DNA of 63,068 bases, filler included, from Candidatus Desantisbacteria bacterium CG1_02_49_89 (GCA_001871075.1; 5 parts of 5 records of this genome joined end to end with filler, not necessarily neighbours in it); one strand, 5' to 3'. Shown: positions 8,797 to 20,114, numbered from the whole stretch's first letter. The notes: a model not told the origin generated them from the sequence alone. Translations and numbers: made by a program.

Positions 8797-9954
8797 ATGA
8801 TCACCAGAGAAGAAATTGAAGAGCAGGAGGAGAAAAATCTTGCCTCCTACGCGATGAAATCCAGGGACAGCAGGGGCAGGATGCACTCCGAAAAAGAGCA
8901 TCCTTACCGTACCTGTTTCCAGCGCGACAGGGACAGGATAGTGCACTGCGGCGCTTTCAGGAAACTCGAATACAAAACCCAGGTTTTTGTCAACCATGAA
9001 GGCGATTATTACAGGACAAGGCTGACCCACACGCTTGAAGTGTCTCAGATCTCGCGTTCCATATCAAGGACATTGCGGCTGAACGAGGACCTTACGGAGG
9101 CAGTCGCGCTTGCGCATGACCTCGGGCACACGCCGTTCGGCCACTCCGGTGAAACGGTCCTGCATGACCTTATGAAAAAGTACGGCGGTTCGTTCGAGCA
9201 CAACAGCCAGAGCCTTAAGATAGTGGATAAGCTTGAGCGCAGGTACCAGGATTTCCCGGGCTTGAACCTTACTTACGAAGTAAGGGAAGGCATAATAAAG
9301 CACAAAACATCATTTGACCAGCCTGAAGTGAAGGGGTTTGACCCGGATAAGTCCCCCACGCTTGAGGCGCAGGTGGTCAATGTTGCCGACGAGATCGCTT
9401 ATACCGCGCACGACGTGGATGACGGGCTTACTTCAGGTTATCTTTCGGAGGATGACCTTAAGAAACTGAAAATATGGAAGCAGGTAAGCGCGGGGCTGAA
9501 GAACAAGTTTGACAGGGAAACATTCAAGTACCAGCTCGTGCGGATGCTCATTAACAGGCAGGCGTCTGACCTTATTGAGAATACGGCCGCAAATATTAAA
9601 AAGAAGAAAATAACTTCTGTCCGGGACGTGCGCGACGCGCACACGGCCGCGGCATTCAGCCCGGGAATGCAGAAGATGAACTCGGAGCTGAAGGAATTCC
9701 TTTTCGCGAAACTGTATAACCATTACATGGTGAAAAGGATGGTAGACAAGGCGGGAAGGTTCATAAGCGAGCTTTTCGACGCGTATTTAAAACGCCCGGG
9801 AATACTGCCGCCGGAAGAACAGTCGAAAATATCCGCGTGCGGGAAGAACGAGCTGGAAAAAGCCCGCGCGATATGCGACTACATCGCCGGAATGACGGAC
9901 CGTTCGGTCCAGGACGAATATATAAAACTTTTTATGCCTTACGAGAAAGTATAA
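8797..9954 (+). CDS. dgt: Deoxyguanosinetriphosphate triphosphohydrolase (HD domain)
   Basis: FQRDRDRI, KTQVF, RTRLTHTLEV, AHDLGHTPFGH, CDYIAGMTD. Confidence 0.95.
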   Translation: MITREEIEEQEEKNLASYAMKSRDSRGRMHSEKEHPYRTCFQRDRDRIVHCGAFRKLEYKTQVFVNHEGDYYRTRLTHTLEVSQISRSISRTLRLNEDLTEAVALAHDLGHTPFGHSGETVLHDLMKKYGGSFEHNSQSLKIVDKLERRYQDFPGLNLTYEVREGIIKHKTSFDQPEVKGFDPDKSPTLEAQVVNVADEIAYTAHDVDDGLTSGYLSEDDLKKLKIWKQVSAGLKNKFDRETFKYQLVRMLINRQASDLIENTAANIKKKKITSVRDVRDAHTAAAFSPGMQKMNSELKEFLFAKLYNHYMVKRMVDKAGRFISELFDAYLKRPGILPPEEQSKISACGKNELEKARAICDYIAGMTDRSVQDEYIKLFMPYEKV

Positions 9955-9961
9955 AAAGGCA

Positions 9962-10068
9962 GTCGAGCGTCGTAAGTCGTGCGCAAAAGCTTAAAATTTA
10001 TTACGTACGACGTAAGACGCACGACATTCGACGTGGGACGTACGACGTAAGACGTCCGACGTATGACG
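9962..10068. repeat. CGTCGTA-type heptamer array followed by its inverted array
   Basis: About 3 forward units, an AT linker, about 9 reverse units; same family at 12447-12524, 34329-34467, 43621-43675. Confidence 0.9.
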
Positions 10069-10088
10069 GTAGTTATCATGGAGAGAAG

Positions 10089-10250
10089 ATGAAAAAGGAA
10101 AAGATATTTGAATATCTTTTTATCGGAGCGGTAGTTGCTTTCATAATTATCGCCATAATAATGGCGATCAAGCCGGACCTTGGAAGGCCGCCCATAAAGG
10201 TCGATGAGCCGCCTGTTGCCGCGCCCGTCCAGCCCGTAACCACGGACTAA
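10089..10250 (+). CDS. Small single-TM membrane protein (53 aa)
   Basis: GGAGAG RBS, MKKEK then hydrophobic helix, Pro-rich tail. Confidence 0.65.
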   Translation: MKKEKIFEYLFIGAVVAFIIIAIIMAIKPDLGRPPIKVDEPPVAAPVQPVTTD

Positions 10251-10254
10251 TACA

Positions 10255-11025
10255 GTGGCCAGTGGCGAGTGGTCAGTGGATAGCGGGCAGAATTCCTTAA
10301 GATACTTTGCGGAAGGACTGCTCAATTTCATATACCCCCCGAGATGCCTTGCGTGCAGTAAGCTTCTTGAAGACAACGCGGGCCTTTGCGGACAGTGTTT
10401 CGAAGAGATCAGGATCATCGTAGACCCGTATTGCCAAAGGTGCGGGATGCCGCTTGACCCGCCGGAAGCTTTCAAGGGGATCGAAACGCCGCTTTGCGCA
10501 GACTGCAGGAACCACAGAAGGCCTTTCGCGCTGGCAAGGTCGATAGGAAGGTATGAAGGCGTCCTGAAAAAATGTATCCATCTTTTTAAGTATAAGGGCA
10601 GAAAGGTAATACTTAAACCGATCGACAAACTAATTTCGCTCTATTTCCCGGGATTGTTCCCGGTTGAAAAAATATCTTTTATAGTGCCGGTGCCTTTGCA
10701 CAGAAAGCGGCTGCGCGAAAGGGAGTTCAACCAGTCTGAGCTTGTCGCGGATATGATCGGCTCAAAATACGGGATCCCGGTTCTGGCGGACATTCTCAGC
10801 AGGACAGTATATACTTCCCCGCAGGTTGCGCTGACCAGGGATGAAAGGGCGGAGAACGTAAAGGGAGCTTTTAAGGCGGGGGAAAGCAGCTGGCTTCCGA
10901 AGAGCAATATTTTACTGGTTGATGATGTCTACACGACAGGGGCCACTGCCTGCGAGTGCGCGAGGGTCCTGAAGCAGGCAGGCGCGGAATCGGTGTATAT
11001 TTTCACGCTTGCGCATGACGTATAG
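10255..11025 (+). CDS. comF: ComF family protein (zinc ribbon + phosphoribosyltransferase)
   Basis: YPPRCLAC, CQRCG, VPVPLH..R...R.FNQS, LLVDDVYTTGAT. Confidence 0.93.
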   Translation: MASGEWSVDSGQNSLRYFAEGLLNFIYPPRCLACSKLLEDNAGLCGQCFEEIRIIVDPYCQRCGMPLDPPEAFKGIETPLCADCRNHRRPFALARSIGRYEGVLKKCIHLFKYKGRKVILKPIDKLISLYFPGLFPVEKISFIVPVPLHRKRLREREFNQSELVADMIGSKYGIPVLADILSRTVYTSPQVALTRDERAENVKGAFKAGESSWLPKSNILLVDDVYTTGATACECARVLKQAGAESVYIFTLAHDV

Positions 11026-11111
11026 TTTTGTAATAGTTTAAAGGATTAAAGGTTCTATGGCTAAAAACCATTAAACCGTTAATCCGTTAATCAAATAAAA
11101 AGGAAGTTTTA

Positions 11112-12365
11112 ATGAAGATATTGGTTCAGAAATTCGGCGGGACTTCTGTGGCTGATCCCGAAAAGGTCAGGAAAGTTGCCAGGATAGCGGTCAGCGCCAG
11201 GAAGCAGGGCTACGCTGTCGCGGTGGTTGTTTCAGCCCCGGGGGACATGACAGACGACCTTATTGACTACGCGTCCGCTGTTTCGAAAAAAATTCCCGAC
11301 AGGGAAATGGACATGCTGATGGCCATAGGGGAGCAGAAATCGATTGCTTCGCTGGCAATGGCGCTTGCGGAGATGGGGCAGAAAGCGGTTTCTTTTACAG
11401 GCGAACAGGCCGGCATACTTACGGACGGCATTTTTGGCAAGGCGAGGATACTCAGGATAGATCCTTCGAAGGTGCTTAAGGCGCTGAAAGAAGGCAGCAT
11501 CGCGGTCGTGGCGGGTTTCCAGGGCGTTGACAGAAAAGGTGAAATAACCACGCTGGGCAGGGGAGGCTCTGACACAACCGCCGTAGCGCTTGCGGTCGCG
11601 ATTAAAGCGGATATGTGCGATATCTATACGGATGTCAAGGGGGTTTTTACCTCTGACCCCAGGGTTGTGCAGGGCGCGAAAAGGATCAGAACTATCTCCT
11701 ATGACGAGGCGCTTGAAATGACCAGCCTGGGCGCGAAGGTCCTGCATCCGAGGTCCGCCGAAATAGCGAAGGTATACGGGCTGAAAGTCAGGGTTAGGTC
11801 AAGCTTCAACCCCGGCGACGCGGGAACGCTTGTGTTCGACACTGGATCCGGGAAGAAACTGAAGATCAAAACAAGAGGTGAGGATATGGAAAGAACTTAT
11901 GTCGTAAGCGCTACCGCTGATAAGAACCAGGCCAAGGTGACGGTCGTGGGCGTGCCTGACAGGCCCGGGATCGTTTCAAAGATCTTCAGCCCGATCGCTA
12001 AAGGCCGCATAAGCGTTGATGTTATCGTTCAGAACGTCAGCCACAAGGGGCACACGGACGTTTCGTTCACGATCTCCCGCGTGGACCTTTCCAGGACCAT
12101 GGCGATAGTCAAAAAGGTCGCGAAGGAACTGAGGGCGCAAACCGTGATGCACGCGTCCGGCGTCGCAAAGGTGTCGATCGTGGGCGCGGGCATGTACAGC
12201 TATCCGGGGGTGGCAGCGAAGATGTTCACGGCCCTTGCAAAGAAAGGCATCAATATTGAGATGATAAGCACTTCTGAGATAAAGATCTCATGTGTTGTTG
12301 AGGAAAAGGATGCGGATAACGCGGTGCGCGCGCTGAACAGGGAATTCCGGCTAGGCAAAAAATAA
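11112..12365 (+). CDS. lysC: Aspartate kinase
   Basis: VQKFGGTSV, TTLGRGGSDTTA, two ACT domains, ISTSEIKISC. Confidence 0.97.
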   Translation: MKILVQKFGGTSVADPEKVRKVARIAVSARKQGYAVAVVVSAPGDMTDDLIDYASAVSKKIPDREMDMLMAIGEQKSIASLAMALAEMGQKAVSFTGEQAGILTDGIFGKARILRIDPSKVLKALKEGSIAVVAGFQGVDRKGEITTLGRGGSDTTAVALAVAIKADMCDIYTDVKGVFTSDPRVVQGAKRIRTISYDEALEMTSLGAKVLHPRSAEIAKVYGLKVRVRSSFNPGDAGTLVFDTGSGKKLKIKTRGEDMERTYVVSATADKNQAKVTVVGVPDRPGIVSKIFSPIAKGRISVDVIVQNVSHKGHTDVSFTISRVDLSRTMAIVKKVAKELRAQTVMHASGVAKVSIVGAGMYSYPGVAAKMFTALAKKGINIEMISTSEIKISCVVEEKDADNAVRALNREFRLGKK

Positions 12366-12372
12366 GTGATTT

Positions 12373-12407
12373 CCACGAAAACACGAAAGTGTCACGAAAG
12401 CACGAAA
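12373..12407 (+). repeat. CCACGAAA-type array (35 bp)
   Basis: Identical 35-mer at 31801-31835; inverted variant at 42126-42160. Confidence 0.9.
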
Positions 12408-12623
12408 AAAGTCTTTTTTCACAGTGATTTAAAGAGATTTAGATTCCGTCTTACGTCGTAAGTCGTACGTCGTTCGCAAATGATTTTAATAATACGTAAG
12501 ACGTTCGACGCATGACGCATGACGGCATTATGAATCCCGCTGAATCCCTGTTAAATTTCTCAGTGAACTCAGTGCCTTCAATGGCAAAAGTTTTTTGTGC
12601 CTTCGTGGTAAAGAATCGGTGGT

Positions 12624-13865
12624 ATGAAATATATCGTGCTTGTAGGCGACGGGATGGCGGATTATCCCCTGAAAGAGCTGAAGCGCAGGACACCGCTTGA
12701 AGCCGCCGGGATAAAAAATCTGAATTATTTCGCGCGGGCCGGGACCCTGGGCCTTATAAGAACGACGCCGCGCGGGATGACGCCGGGAACGGATGTCGCG
12801 AACCTCGCGATACTCGGTTACGACCCGCAAAGATATTATAGCGGCAGGGGCCCGCTTGAAGCCCTGAACCAGGGAATAAGGTACGGCAGGCAAGATATAA
12901 TATTCAGATGCAACCTTGTGACGGCGGCAAACGGGAAGCTTATTGACTACAGCGCCGGGCATGTCACAAGCGAAGAGGGAAAAGAGCTGTTCAGGGCACT
13001 TAACAGGGAGATAGGAACAGGTTCTTTGAAATTCTTTCCGGGTGTCAGCTACCGCAACCTGGCGCTCCTAAAAAAGCCCGCCGGCCTTGCGTCCCTGCTT
13101 TCCCTGAGGACGCATCCTCCGCACGACGTGATGGGAAAAAAGTTTTCCGTGATCTTCCCGAAAGGAAAAGGCGCGGGGATGCTGATCGGCCTGATGGAGA
13201 GGTCAAGGGAAATACTTGAAACGCATCCGGTCAATGCCAGGAGAAAAAGGCATGGGAAAGGTCCCGCCAACATGATCTGGCTGTGGGGCCAGGGCACAAG
13301 ACCGGAGATGCCGTCCTTTTACAGGAAATACGGCCTGAAGGGTGCGGTAATATCGGCGGTCGACATAGTCAAGGGCATAGGCAGGGCAACCGGGATGGAG
13401 ATAATAGACGTGCCGGGTGCGACAGGATACTTCGACACGGACTACGAAGGGAAGGCAAGATACGCGCTTAAAGCTCTGAAGAAAAACGATCTTGTTTTTG
13501 TGCACGTTGAGGCGCCTGATGAGGCGGGGCACAACGGTGACATTAAAGCAAAGATAAAGGCGATAGAGGATTTTGACCGAAAGGTCGCGGGCACAGTGTT
13601 AAAAGGGATAGGTGCATACGGCAACTATAAGATACTGGCGCTTACAGACCATCCCACACCCATTTCGTTAAGAACTCATGCTCCGGACCCGGTTCCTTTC
13701 GCAATATTCAAAAATGGGGATAATAAAAGAGGGAAGGCGGGTTTTAACGAGCGGGACGCGAAAAAAAGCAGGCTGTTCTTTAATAAGGGTCATAAGCTGA
13801 TGGAGTTTTTCCTTAAAAACACCCTCACCCCGGCCCTCTCCCCTCGAGGGAGAGGAATAAGGTGA
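12624..13865 (+). CDS. apgM: Cofactor-independent phosphoglycerate mutase, ApgM family
   Basis: GDGMAD, TPLEAA, PGTDVANL, GRGPLEA, HVEAPDEAGH, TDHPTP. Confidence 0.9.
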   Translation: MKYIVLVGDGMADYPLKELKRRTPLEAAGIKNLNYFARAGTLGLIRTTPRGMTPGTDVANLAILGYDPQRYYSGRGPLEALNQGIRYGRQDIIFRCNLVTAANGKLIDYSAGHVTSEEGKELFRALNREIGTGSLKFFPGVSYRNLALLKKPAGLASLLSLRTHPPHDVMGKKFSVIFPKGKGAGMLIGLMERSREILETHPVNARRKRHGKGPANMIWLWGQGTRPEMPSFYRKYGLKGAVISAVDIVKGIGRATGMEIIDVPGATGYFDTDYEGKARYALKALKKNDLVFVHVEAPDEAGHNGDIKAKIKAIEDFDRKVAGTVLKGIGAYGNYKILALTDHPTPISLRTHAPDPVPFAIFKNGDNKRGKAGFNERDAKKSRLFFNKGHKLMEFFLKNTLTPALSPRGRGIR

Positions 13866-13870
13866 GGGGG
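13822..13870 (+). repeat. CCCTCACCCC...CCTCTCCC/GGGAGAGG...GGTGAGGG palindromic repeat forming the apgM 3' end
   Basis: Encodes LTPALSPRGRGIR and the TGA stop. Confidence 0.8.
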
Positions 13871-13884
13871 AATCCCGAGATTAG

Positions 13885-14919
<1,035 letters not shown>

Positions 14920-14935
14920 CTCTTTTACAAGAGCT

Positions 14936-15033
14936 AAATTATGAATTATGAATGATGAATTATGAATCAACGGCAAGGTTTTTATTTAAAATAAAACTCC
15001 TTCACTCATAACTCATAATTCATAACTCATAAC
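14936..15033. repeat. AATTATG array followed by inverted CATAAYT array
   Basis: aattatgaattatgaatgatgaattatgaat ... ctcataactcataattcataactcataact. Confidence 0.9.
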
Positions 15034-15061
15034 TAATCCTTTATTGATTTTGGGGGTTTTT

Positions 15062-16243
15062 ATGGCAAAGTTAGGCGTGGAAGACCTTGACATGGCGGGT
15101 AAAAATGTTTTGATCCGCGTTGATTTCAACGTCACGCAGGACAAGGAAGGCAAGATAACGGACGATACGAGGATCAAGGCAAGTGTTCAGACCATTAAAT
15201 ACTGCGTTGACAAGGGCGCGAAGGTTATTTTGATGTCACACCTCGGCAGGCCTGAGGGCAAGGTCGTTGAGTCCATGCGGCTTACGCCGGTGGCAAAAAG
15301 GCTGGGTGAACTACTCGGTAAGAAGATCGCCAAAACGGAAGATTGCGTGGGCCCGGACGCGGAAAAGGCAGTGTCCGCGATGAAGAACGGGGACGTTCTT
15401 CTGCTGGAGAACCTGCGCTTCCATCCCGAGGAGGAAAACAACGCCGAGGATTTCAGCAAGAAGCTCGCGAAACTGGGTGACCTGTATGTTAACGACGCTT
15501 TCGGGACAGCGCACAGGGCGCACTCTTCCACTGTTGGCGTGGCAAGGCTCCTTCCGTCAGCCGCGGGGTTCCTCATGAAAAAGGAAATTGAGGTGCTGGG
15601 CAAAATACTTGAGGAGCCTGACAAGCCCTTTGCCGCGGTCCTGGGCGGGGCAAAAGTTTCCACAAAAATAGGGGTTATCAAAAATCTGCTTCCCAGGGTT
15701 TCCTTCCTTCTCATAGGCGGTGCGATGGCATACACGTTCCTTAAGGCGATCGGGGAAGAAGTCGGCAACTCTAAGATAGAGGAAGACAAATTAGGTCTGG
15801 CAAGGGACCTGATACTGGGTGATTCTGAGTCGAAAATACACCTTCCCATCGACCACGTTGTCGCAAAGGAGATCAGAGAGGGCGCTCAGATGGAGGAGAC
15901 CGGGGGCAGGGCGATACAGAACGGCTGGATAGGCGTTGACATAGGCCCGAAGACCGTTGCGGAATACAGGCAGGTAATATCGAAATCAAAAACAGTGTTT
16001 TGGAACGGTCCGATGGGGATATTCGAGGTAGACGCTTTCGCTAAGGGGACCGTGGAAATAGCGAAGGCAATGGCGGAAAGCGGCGCCGTGACCGTAATAG
16101 GGGGCGGGGATTCTGTTTCAGCGGCCGCGAAAGCTGGAGTGAGCGACAAAATAACTCACATTTCGACTGGCGGAGGCGCAAGCCTCGAGCTGCTGGAAGG
16201 GATAACGCTTCCGGGCATCGCCGCGCTTTCAGAAAAAAAGTGA
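15062..16243 (+). CDS. pgk: Phosphoglycerate kinase
   Basis: RVDFNV, SHLGRP, LLENLRF, NDAFGTAHRAH, HISTGGGASLE. Confidence 0.98.
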   Translation: MAKLGVEDLDMAGKNVLIRVDFNVTQDKEGKITDDTRIKASVQTIKYCVDKGAKVILMSHLGRPEGKVVESMRLTPVAKRLGELLGKKIAKTEDCVGPDAEKAVSAMKNGDVLLLENLRFHPEEENNAEDFSKKLAKLGDLYVNDAFGTAHRAHSSTVGVARLLPSAAGFLMKKEIEVLGKILEEPDKPFAAVLGGAKVSTKIGVIKNLLPRVSFLLIGGAMAYTFLKAIGEEVGNSKIEEDKLGLARDLILGDSESKIHLPIDHVVAKEIREGAQMEETGGRAIQNGWIGVDIGPKTVAEYRQVISKSKTVFWNGPMGIFEVDAFAKGTVEIAKAMAESGAVTVIGGGDSVSAAAKAGVSDKITHISTGGGASLELLEGITLPGIAALSEKK

Positions 16244-16389
16244 TTACAGTGATTATAAATTAGATTACAGTGATTATTTCTAAATTATCATGATTAACTT
16301 TATATAATCACCGGAATTCGTCGTTTGTCGACATAGCCCACAAAGAATGTTGCGAAGCAAAGATCATCAGTTAAAATCACCGTAATCAA
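16240..16389. repeat. GATTACAGTG array then inverted AATCACCGTAATC units
   Basis: First unit contains the pgk TGA; last unit abuts the tpiA RBS. Confidence 0.8.
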
Positions 16390-16400
16390 TGGAGGAATAA

Positions 16401-17165
16401 GTGAGGAAGCCGATAATAGCTGCAAACTGGAAGATGAACAAAACCGTCTCGGAGGCGGCTGAATTTGCCAGGGAGCTTAAAGACCTTGCAAAGGACATAT
16501 TCAGCGTTGAGATCGTAGTGTGCCCTCCTTTCATAGCGCTGGGCGCGGTGGGCGAGGTTCTGAGGAACACGAATATCAGGATGGGAGCGCAGAACATGCA
16601 CTGGGAGAAGAGCGGGGCGTTTACCGGCGAGATCTCGCCTGTTATGCTGCGCGACCTGGGATGCAGGTTCGTGATCATAGGGCATTCGGAAAGGCGCGGG
16701 TATTTTCAAGAAACAAACAAGGATATAAATAAAAAGATGAAATCCGCTTTTTCTTTCAACCTTACGCCGATAATGTGCGTGGGAGAGAAACTTGAGGAAA
16801 GGGAATCGAAGAGCACGCTTAAGGTCGTGGAAAAACAGATAAAGGAAGGCCTGGCAGAGATCGGGAAAGAGGAGATCAAGAGCCTTGTTGTCGCGTATGA
16901 ACCCATATGGGCCATAGGCACAGGCAAGACCGCGACCCCTGCGGATGCGTCCGAGGTCCACGCGCACATACGCTCAGTGCTTTCATCGATGCATGACAGC
17001 GAGACCGCGCAGCAGGTAAGGATCCAGTACGGCGGAAGCGTAACTCCGGAAAGCGTGGGCGGGCTGATGAAGGAAGAGGGAATAGACGGCGCGCTGGTGG
17101 GTGGAGCAAGCCTGAATGTTAATTCTTTTTTAAAAATTATACAGTTTAATAATAGCAGAGTTTAG
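16401..17165 (+). CDS. tpiA: Triosephosphate isomerase
   Basis: AANWKM, GHSERR, AYEPIWAIGTG, YGGSV, GALVGGAS. Confidence 0.98.
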   Translation: MRKPIIAANWKMNKTVSEAAEFARELKDLAKDIFSVEIVVCPPFIALGAVGEVLRNTNIRMGAQNMHWEKSGAFTGEISPVMLRDLGCRFVIIGHSERRGYFQETNKDINKKMKSAFSFNLTPIMCVGEKLEERESKSTLKVVEKQIKEGLAEIGKEEIKSLVVAYEPIWAIGTGKTATPADASEVHAHIRSVLSSMHDSETAQQVRIQYGGSVTPESVGGLMKEEGIDGALVGGASLNVNSFLKIIQFNNSRV

Positions 17166-17296
17166 GCGCTGGTGGGAATAATATAAGCAGGTCAAAAGTC
17201 AAAGGTCAAAAGTGAATGCTGTAATTTGATTTTAATCAGTACTGGATCAGCGAAAATCAGCGTCAAATTCATTTTTTAGAGAAGGGGGCGATTAGT

Positions 17297-17521
17297 TTGC
17301 TCGAAGTAAGATTAGGGAAAGGTGAATCTCTGGAAAGCGCTCTGCGGAGGTTCAAAAGGGTTTGCGAACGCGATGGGATCCTCACCGAGATCAAGAAAAG
17401 AGAGCATTATGAGAAACCCAGCGAGAAGCGTAAACGCCTTGCGCAGATGAGAGAAAAGCGCATCCGCAGGTTAAAGGCAAAGATGGCAAGGTACGCTGCC
17501 AGAAGGCCGGTGCGAAAATGA
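17297..17521 (+). CDS. rpsU: 30S ribosomal protein bS21
   Basis: [28 protein letters not shown] start. Confidence 0.95.
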   Translation: MLEVRLGKGESLESALRRFKRVCERDGILTEIKKREHYEKPSEKRKRLAQMREKRIRRLKAKMARYAARRPVRK

Positions 17522-17973
17522 GCCTTTCAGAAAAACTTATAAATGACCTTAAGGAAGCTCTGAAGAACAAGCAGGAACGCAGGCTTTCCGCGATAAGATT
17601 CCTGCGCAGCCTGGTGCAAAGGCGCGAGATAGATAAGCGCGTTCCGCTCACGGATGAGGAGATACTGGATATAATCCAGAAGAATATCAAACAGAGGAAG
17701 GAAGTATTTCCGAACTATGAGCGTATGAACAGGCAGGACCTGCTTGAAAAAGAAAAGGAAGAAGTTGCTGTCCTGGAGAAGTATCTCCCGCAGCAGCTTT
17801 CCAAAGAGGAGCTTCAGGTAATCGTTGATGAGGCGATCAAGGAAACCGGAGCCGCGACACCCAGGGACATAGGCAAGGTTATGGGTGTTCTGATGCCCAA
17901 GGTAAAGGGCAAGGCAGACGGAAAGCTTGTGGGTGAGCTTGTAAAAGCGCGCCTGCAGCCGCCTGCCGCGTAG
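17518..17973 (+). CDS. yqeY: GatB/YqeY domain protein
   Basis: [23 protein letters not shown]; follows rpsU with ATGA overlap. Confidence 0.93.
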   Translation: MSLSEKLINDLKEALKNKQERRLSAIRFLRSLVQRREIDKRVPLTDEEILDIIQKNIKQRKEVFPNYERMNRQDLLEKEKEEVAVLEKYLPQQLSKEELQVIVDEAIKETGAATPRDIGKVMGVLMPKVKGKADGKLVGELVKARLQPPAA

Positions 17974-17986
17974 CTGCAATAAAAAC

Positions 17987-18047
17987 CGTTGAACGTTAAA
18001 AGTTGAAGGTTGAAGGTTGAAGGTTAAAGGTTAAACTCTCAACCTTA
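17987..18047. repeat. GTTGAAG heptamer array
   Basis: About 7 units after the yqeY stop, short inverted unit; same family at 31704-31737 and 50049-50085. Confidence 0.85.
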
Positions 18048-18098
18048 ATTTTCATTTTATATTTATTTTGTCGATGCACGAGCAGGCGGAGGTTTAAA

Positions 18099-19067
18099 AT
18101 GAAGCTGGGCGAGATCTATAAAAAAGCGATTAGCACAGGCATAGAGAATGACCCGAGGGGAAAGGCAAGGGTCCTGCAGGTCTTAAAAAAAGCAGAGAAG
18201 GATTTTGCTAAGCTTGAAGGCAGGGAAAAAGAAAATTATGACAAAGAAAAACTTACCAATCCCTACGCTGACACAAGGATACTTTACGGCGACCACGGCA
18301 GAGAGATCATATCTTTGCTTGCCGGCATAGATATGGAGGTCGGGGAGGTCCTGGTAGCCCAGATGCTTGCCCTGAAAGGCCGCAAGGTGGATCTGGTTCT
18401 TTCCCATCACCCGCAGGGTTCTGCTTTCGCGGCATTCTACGAGGTCATGGACATGCAGGCCGATATATTCAACAAATATGGCGTTCCCATAAACGTTATG
18501 GAAGGGCTTCTGGGGGAAAGGATGAATGAGGTCAGGCAGAAAATAATGCCGTCAAACCACCAGAGGGGAGTTGACATCGCCAAGCTGTTCGACATACCTA
18601 TAATGTGCATCCATACTCCCGCTGACAACTGCGTTGCCACTTTTCTCCAGAAAATATTCGACAGGGAACGCCCGGAAATTCTTGACGGTATTATGTCAAT
18701 TCTTGAGGGCATACCGGAATACAAACAGGCCGCGGAACAGAAAAATGGGCCCAGCATACTTATCGGCTCTAAGGAAAAAAGATGCGGCAGGATAATGGTG
18801 GACATGACCGGCGGCACAGAGGGTTCGAAGAACGTCTTTGAAAAACTTTCCAACACGGATGTGGGCACCCTTGTGGTCATGCACATGGGTTCCGAGCACA
18901 AGAAGGAAGCTGAGAAGAATCATATAAACGTGGTTATCGCGGGGCACATTGCAAGCGACAACCTCGGCCTGAACATCATGCTCGACTCTGTTACAGGCAA
19001 GGAAAAGCTCAGTATCATACCGGTGTCCGGTTTCCGAAGGATTGAAAGAAACAAGAGAAAATCCTAA
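18099..19067 (+). CDS. NIF3-like metal-binding protein
   Basis: NPYADTRIL, GIDMEVGE, SHHPQG, HTPADN, AGHIASDNLG. Confidence 0.85.
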   Translation: MKLGEIYKKAISTGIENDPRGKARVLQVLKKAEKDFAKLEGREKENYDKEKLTNPYADTRILYGDHGREIISLLAGIDMEVGEVLVAQMLALKGRKVDLVLSHHPQGSAFAAFYEVMDMQADIFNKYGVPINVMEGLLGERMNEVRQKIMPSNHQRGVDIAKLFDIPIMCIHTPADNCVATFLQKIFDRERPEILDGIMSILEGIPEYKQAAEQKNGPSILIGSKEKRCGRIMVDMTGGTEGSKNVFEKLSNTDVGTLVVMHMGSEHKKEAEKNHINVVIAGHIASDNLGLNIMLDSVTGKEKLSIIPVSGFRRIERNKRKS

Positions 19068-19070
19068 AAG

Positions 19071-20042
19071 ATGTGGAAATATATCGCAAGGCGGCTCCTC
19101 CTGATGATACCCGTTTTCCTGGGTATCACCCTGGTCACATTTTTCATAATACACCTCGCTCCGGGAAGCCCGTCTGACCTTCTGGCGGAGGCCGGGCCGA
19201 GGGTCAGTTATGAAGCGAGGGCAAGGCTTGAGAAGCTTTACGGCCTTGACCAGCCCATACATATTCAATATCTGCGATGGCTTAAAAGATTTGTGGTCCT
19301 TGATTTCGGCCGTTCTTTCAGGGATGAAAGGCCGGTGATCGATAAGATCCTTGAACGGCTTCCCGCGACAATACTTCTTGAAGGCCTTTCCCTCCTTTTT
19401 ATCTTCCTGATAGCGATCCCGATAGGCGTTCTTTCCGCGGCAAAACAGTATTCCGCGTTCGACAAGTCCACAACCCTTCTTGTTTTTATCGGTTTTTCAG
19501 TTCCGTCTTTCTGGCTTGCGCTTATGCTGATGGATGTTTTCGGCGTAAGATTCAATATCCTGCCCATTTCCGGGATAAGGGACATAGGCAGCGAATACCT
19601 GCCTTTCTGGGGCAGGATGCTGGATACTTTGAAACACCTTGTGCTTCCGGTTTTTGTATCCGCTTTCACCGGGCTTGCCTCGGTTTCCAGGTATACGCGT
19701 GCCGCGATGCTGGAGGCGATACGCCAGGATTACATAAGGACCGCCAGGGCAAAGGGGCTGGATGAGAACACGGTGATTTACAGGCACGCGCTGCGCAACG
19801 CGATGCTTCCGGTCGTAACGCTCATAGGATTTTCTATCCCCGGGTTGATAGGGGGGAGCTTTATAATTGAGACTATTTTTGCCTGGCCCGGAATGGGAAG
19901 GCTGGGTTTTAACGCGATAATGGCAAGGGACTATCCGGTCATAATGGGGGTCGGGGTAATAAGCGCGTTCCTGACGCTTGCCGGGAACCTGGTAGCGGAT
20001 ATATTATATGCGGTAGTGGACCCCCGCATCCGCTACAGGTGA
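19071..20042 (+). CDS. Peptide/nickel ABC permease (OppB/DppB-like)
   Basis: YGLDQP, DFGRSF, DYIRTARAKGL EAA loop, DPRIR. Confidence 0.95.
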   Translation: MWKYIARRLLLMIPVFLGITLVTFFIIHLAPGSPSDLLAEAGPRVSYEARARLEKLYGLDQPIHIQYLRWLKRFVVLDFGRSFRDERPVIDKILERLPATILLEGLSLLFIFLIAIPIGVLSAAKQYSAFDKSTTLLVFIGFSVPSFWLALMLMDVFGVRFNILPISGIRDIGSEYLPFWGRMLDTLKHLVLPVFVSAFTGLASVSRYTRAAMLEAIRQDYIRTARAKGLDENTVIYRHALRNAMLPVVTLIGFSIPGLIGGSFIIETIFAWPGMGRLGFNAIMARDYPVIMGVGVISAFLTLAGNLVADILYAVVDPRIRYR

Positions 20043-20114
20043 AAACAGTTTACAAAGTTGACAAGTTTATAAAGTTTTAAGTTATATTTCTAAACTTCGT
20101 AAACTTGAAAAAAA

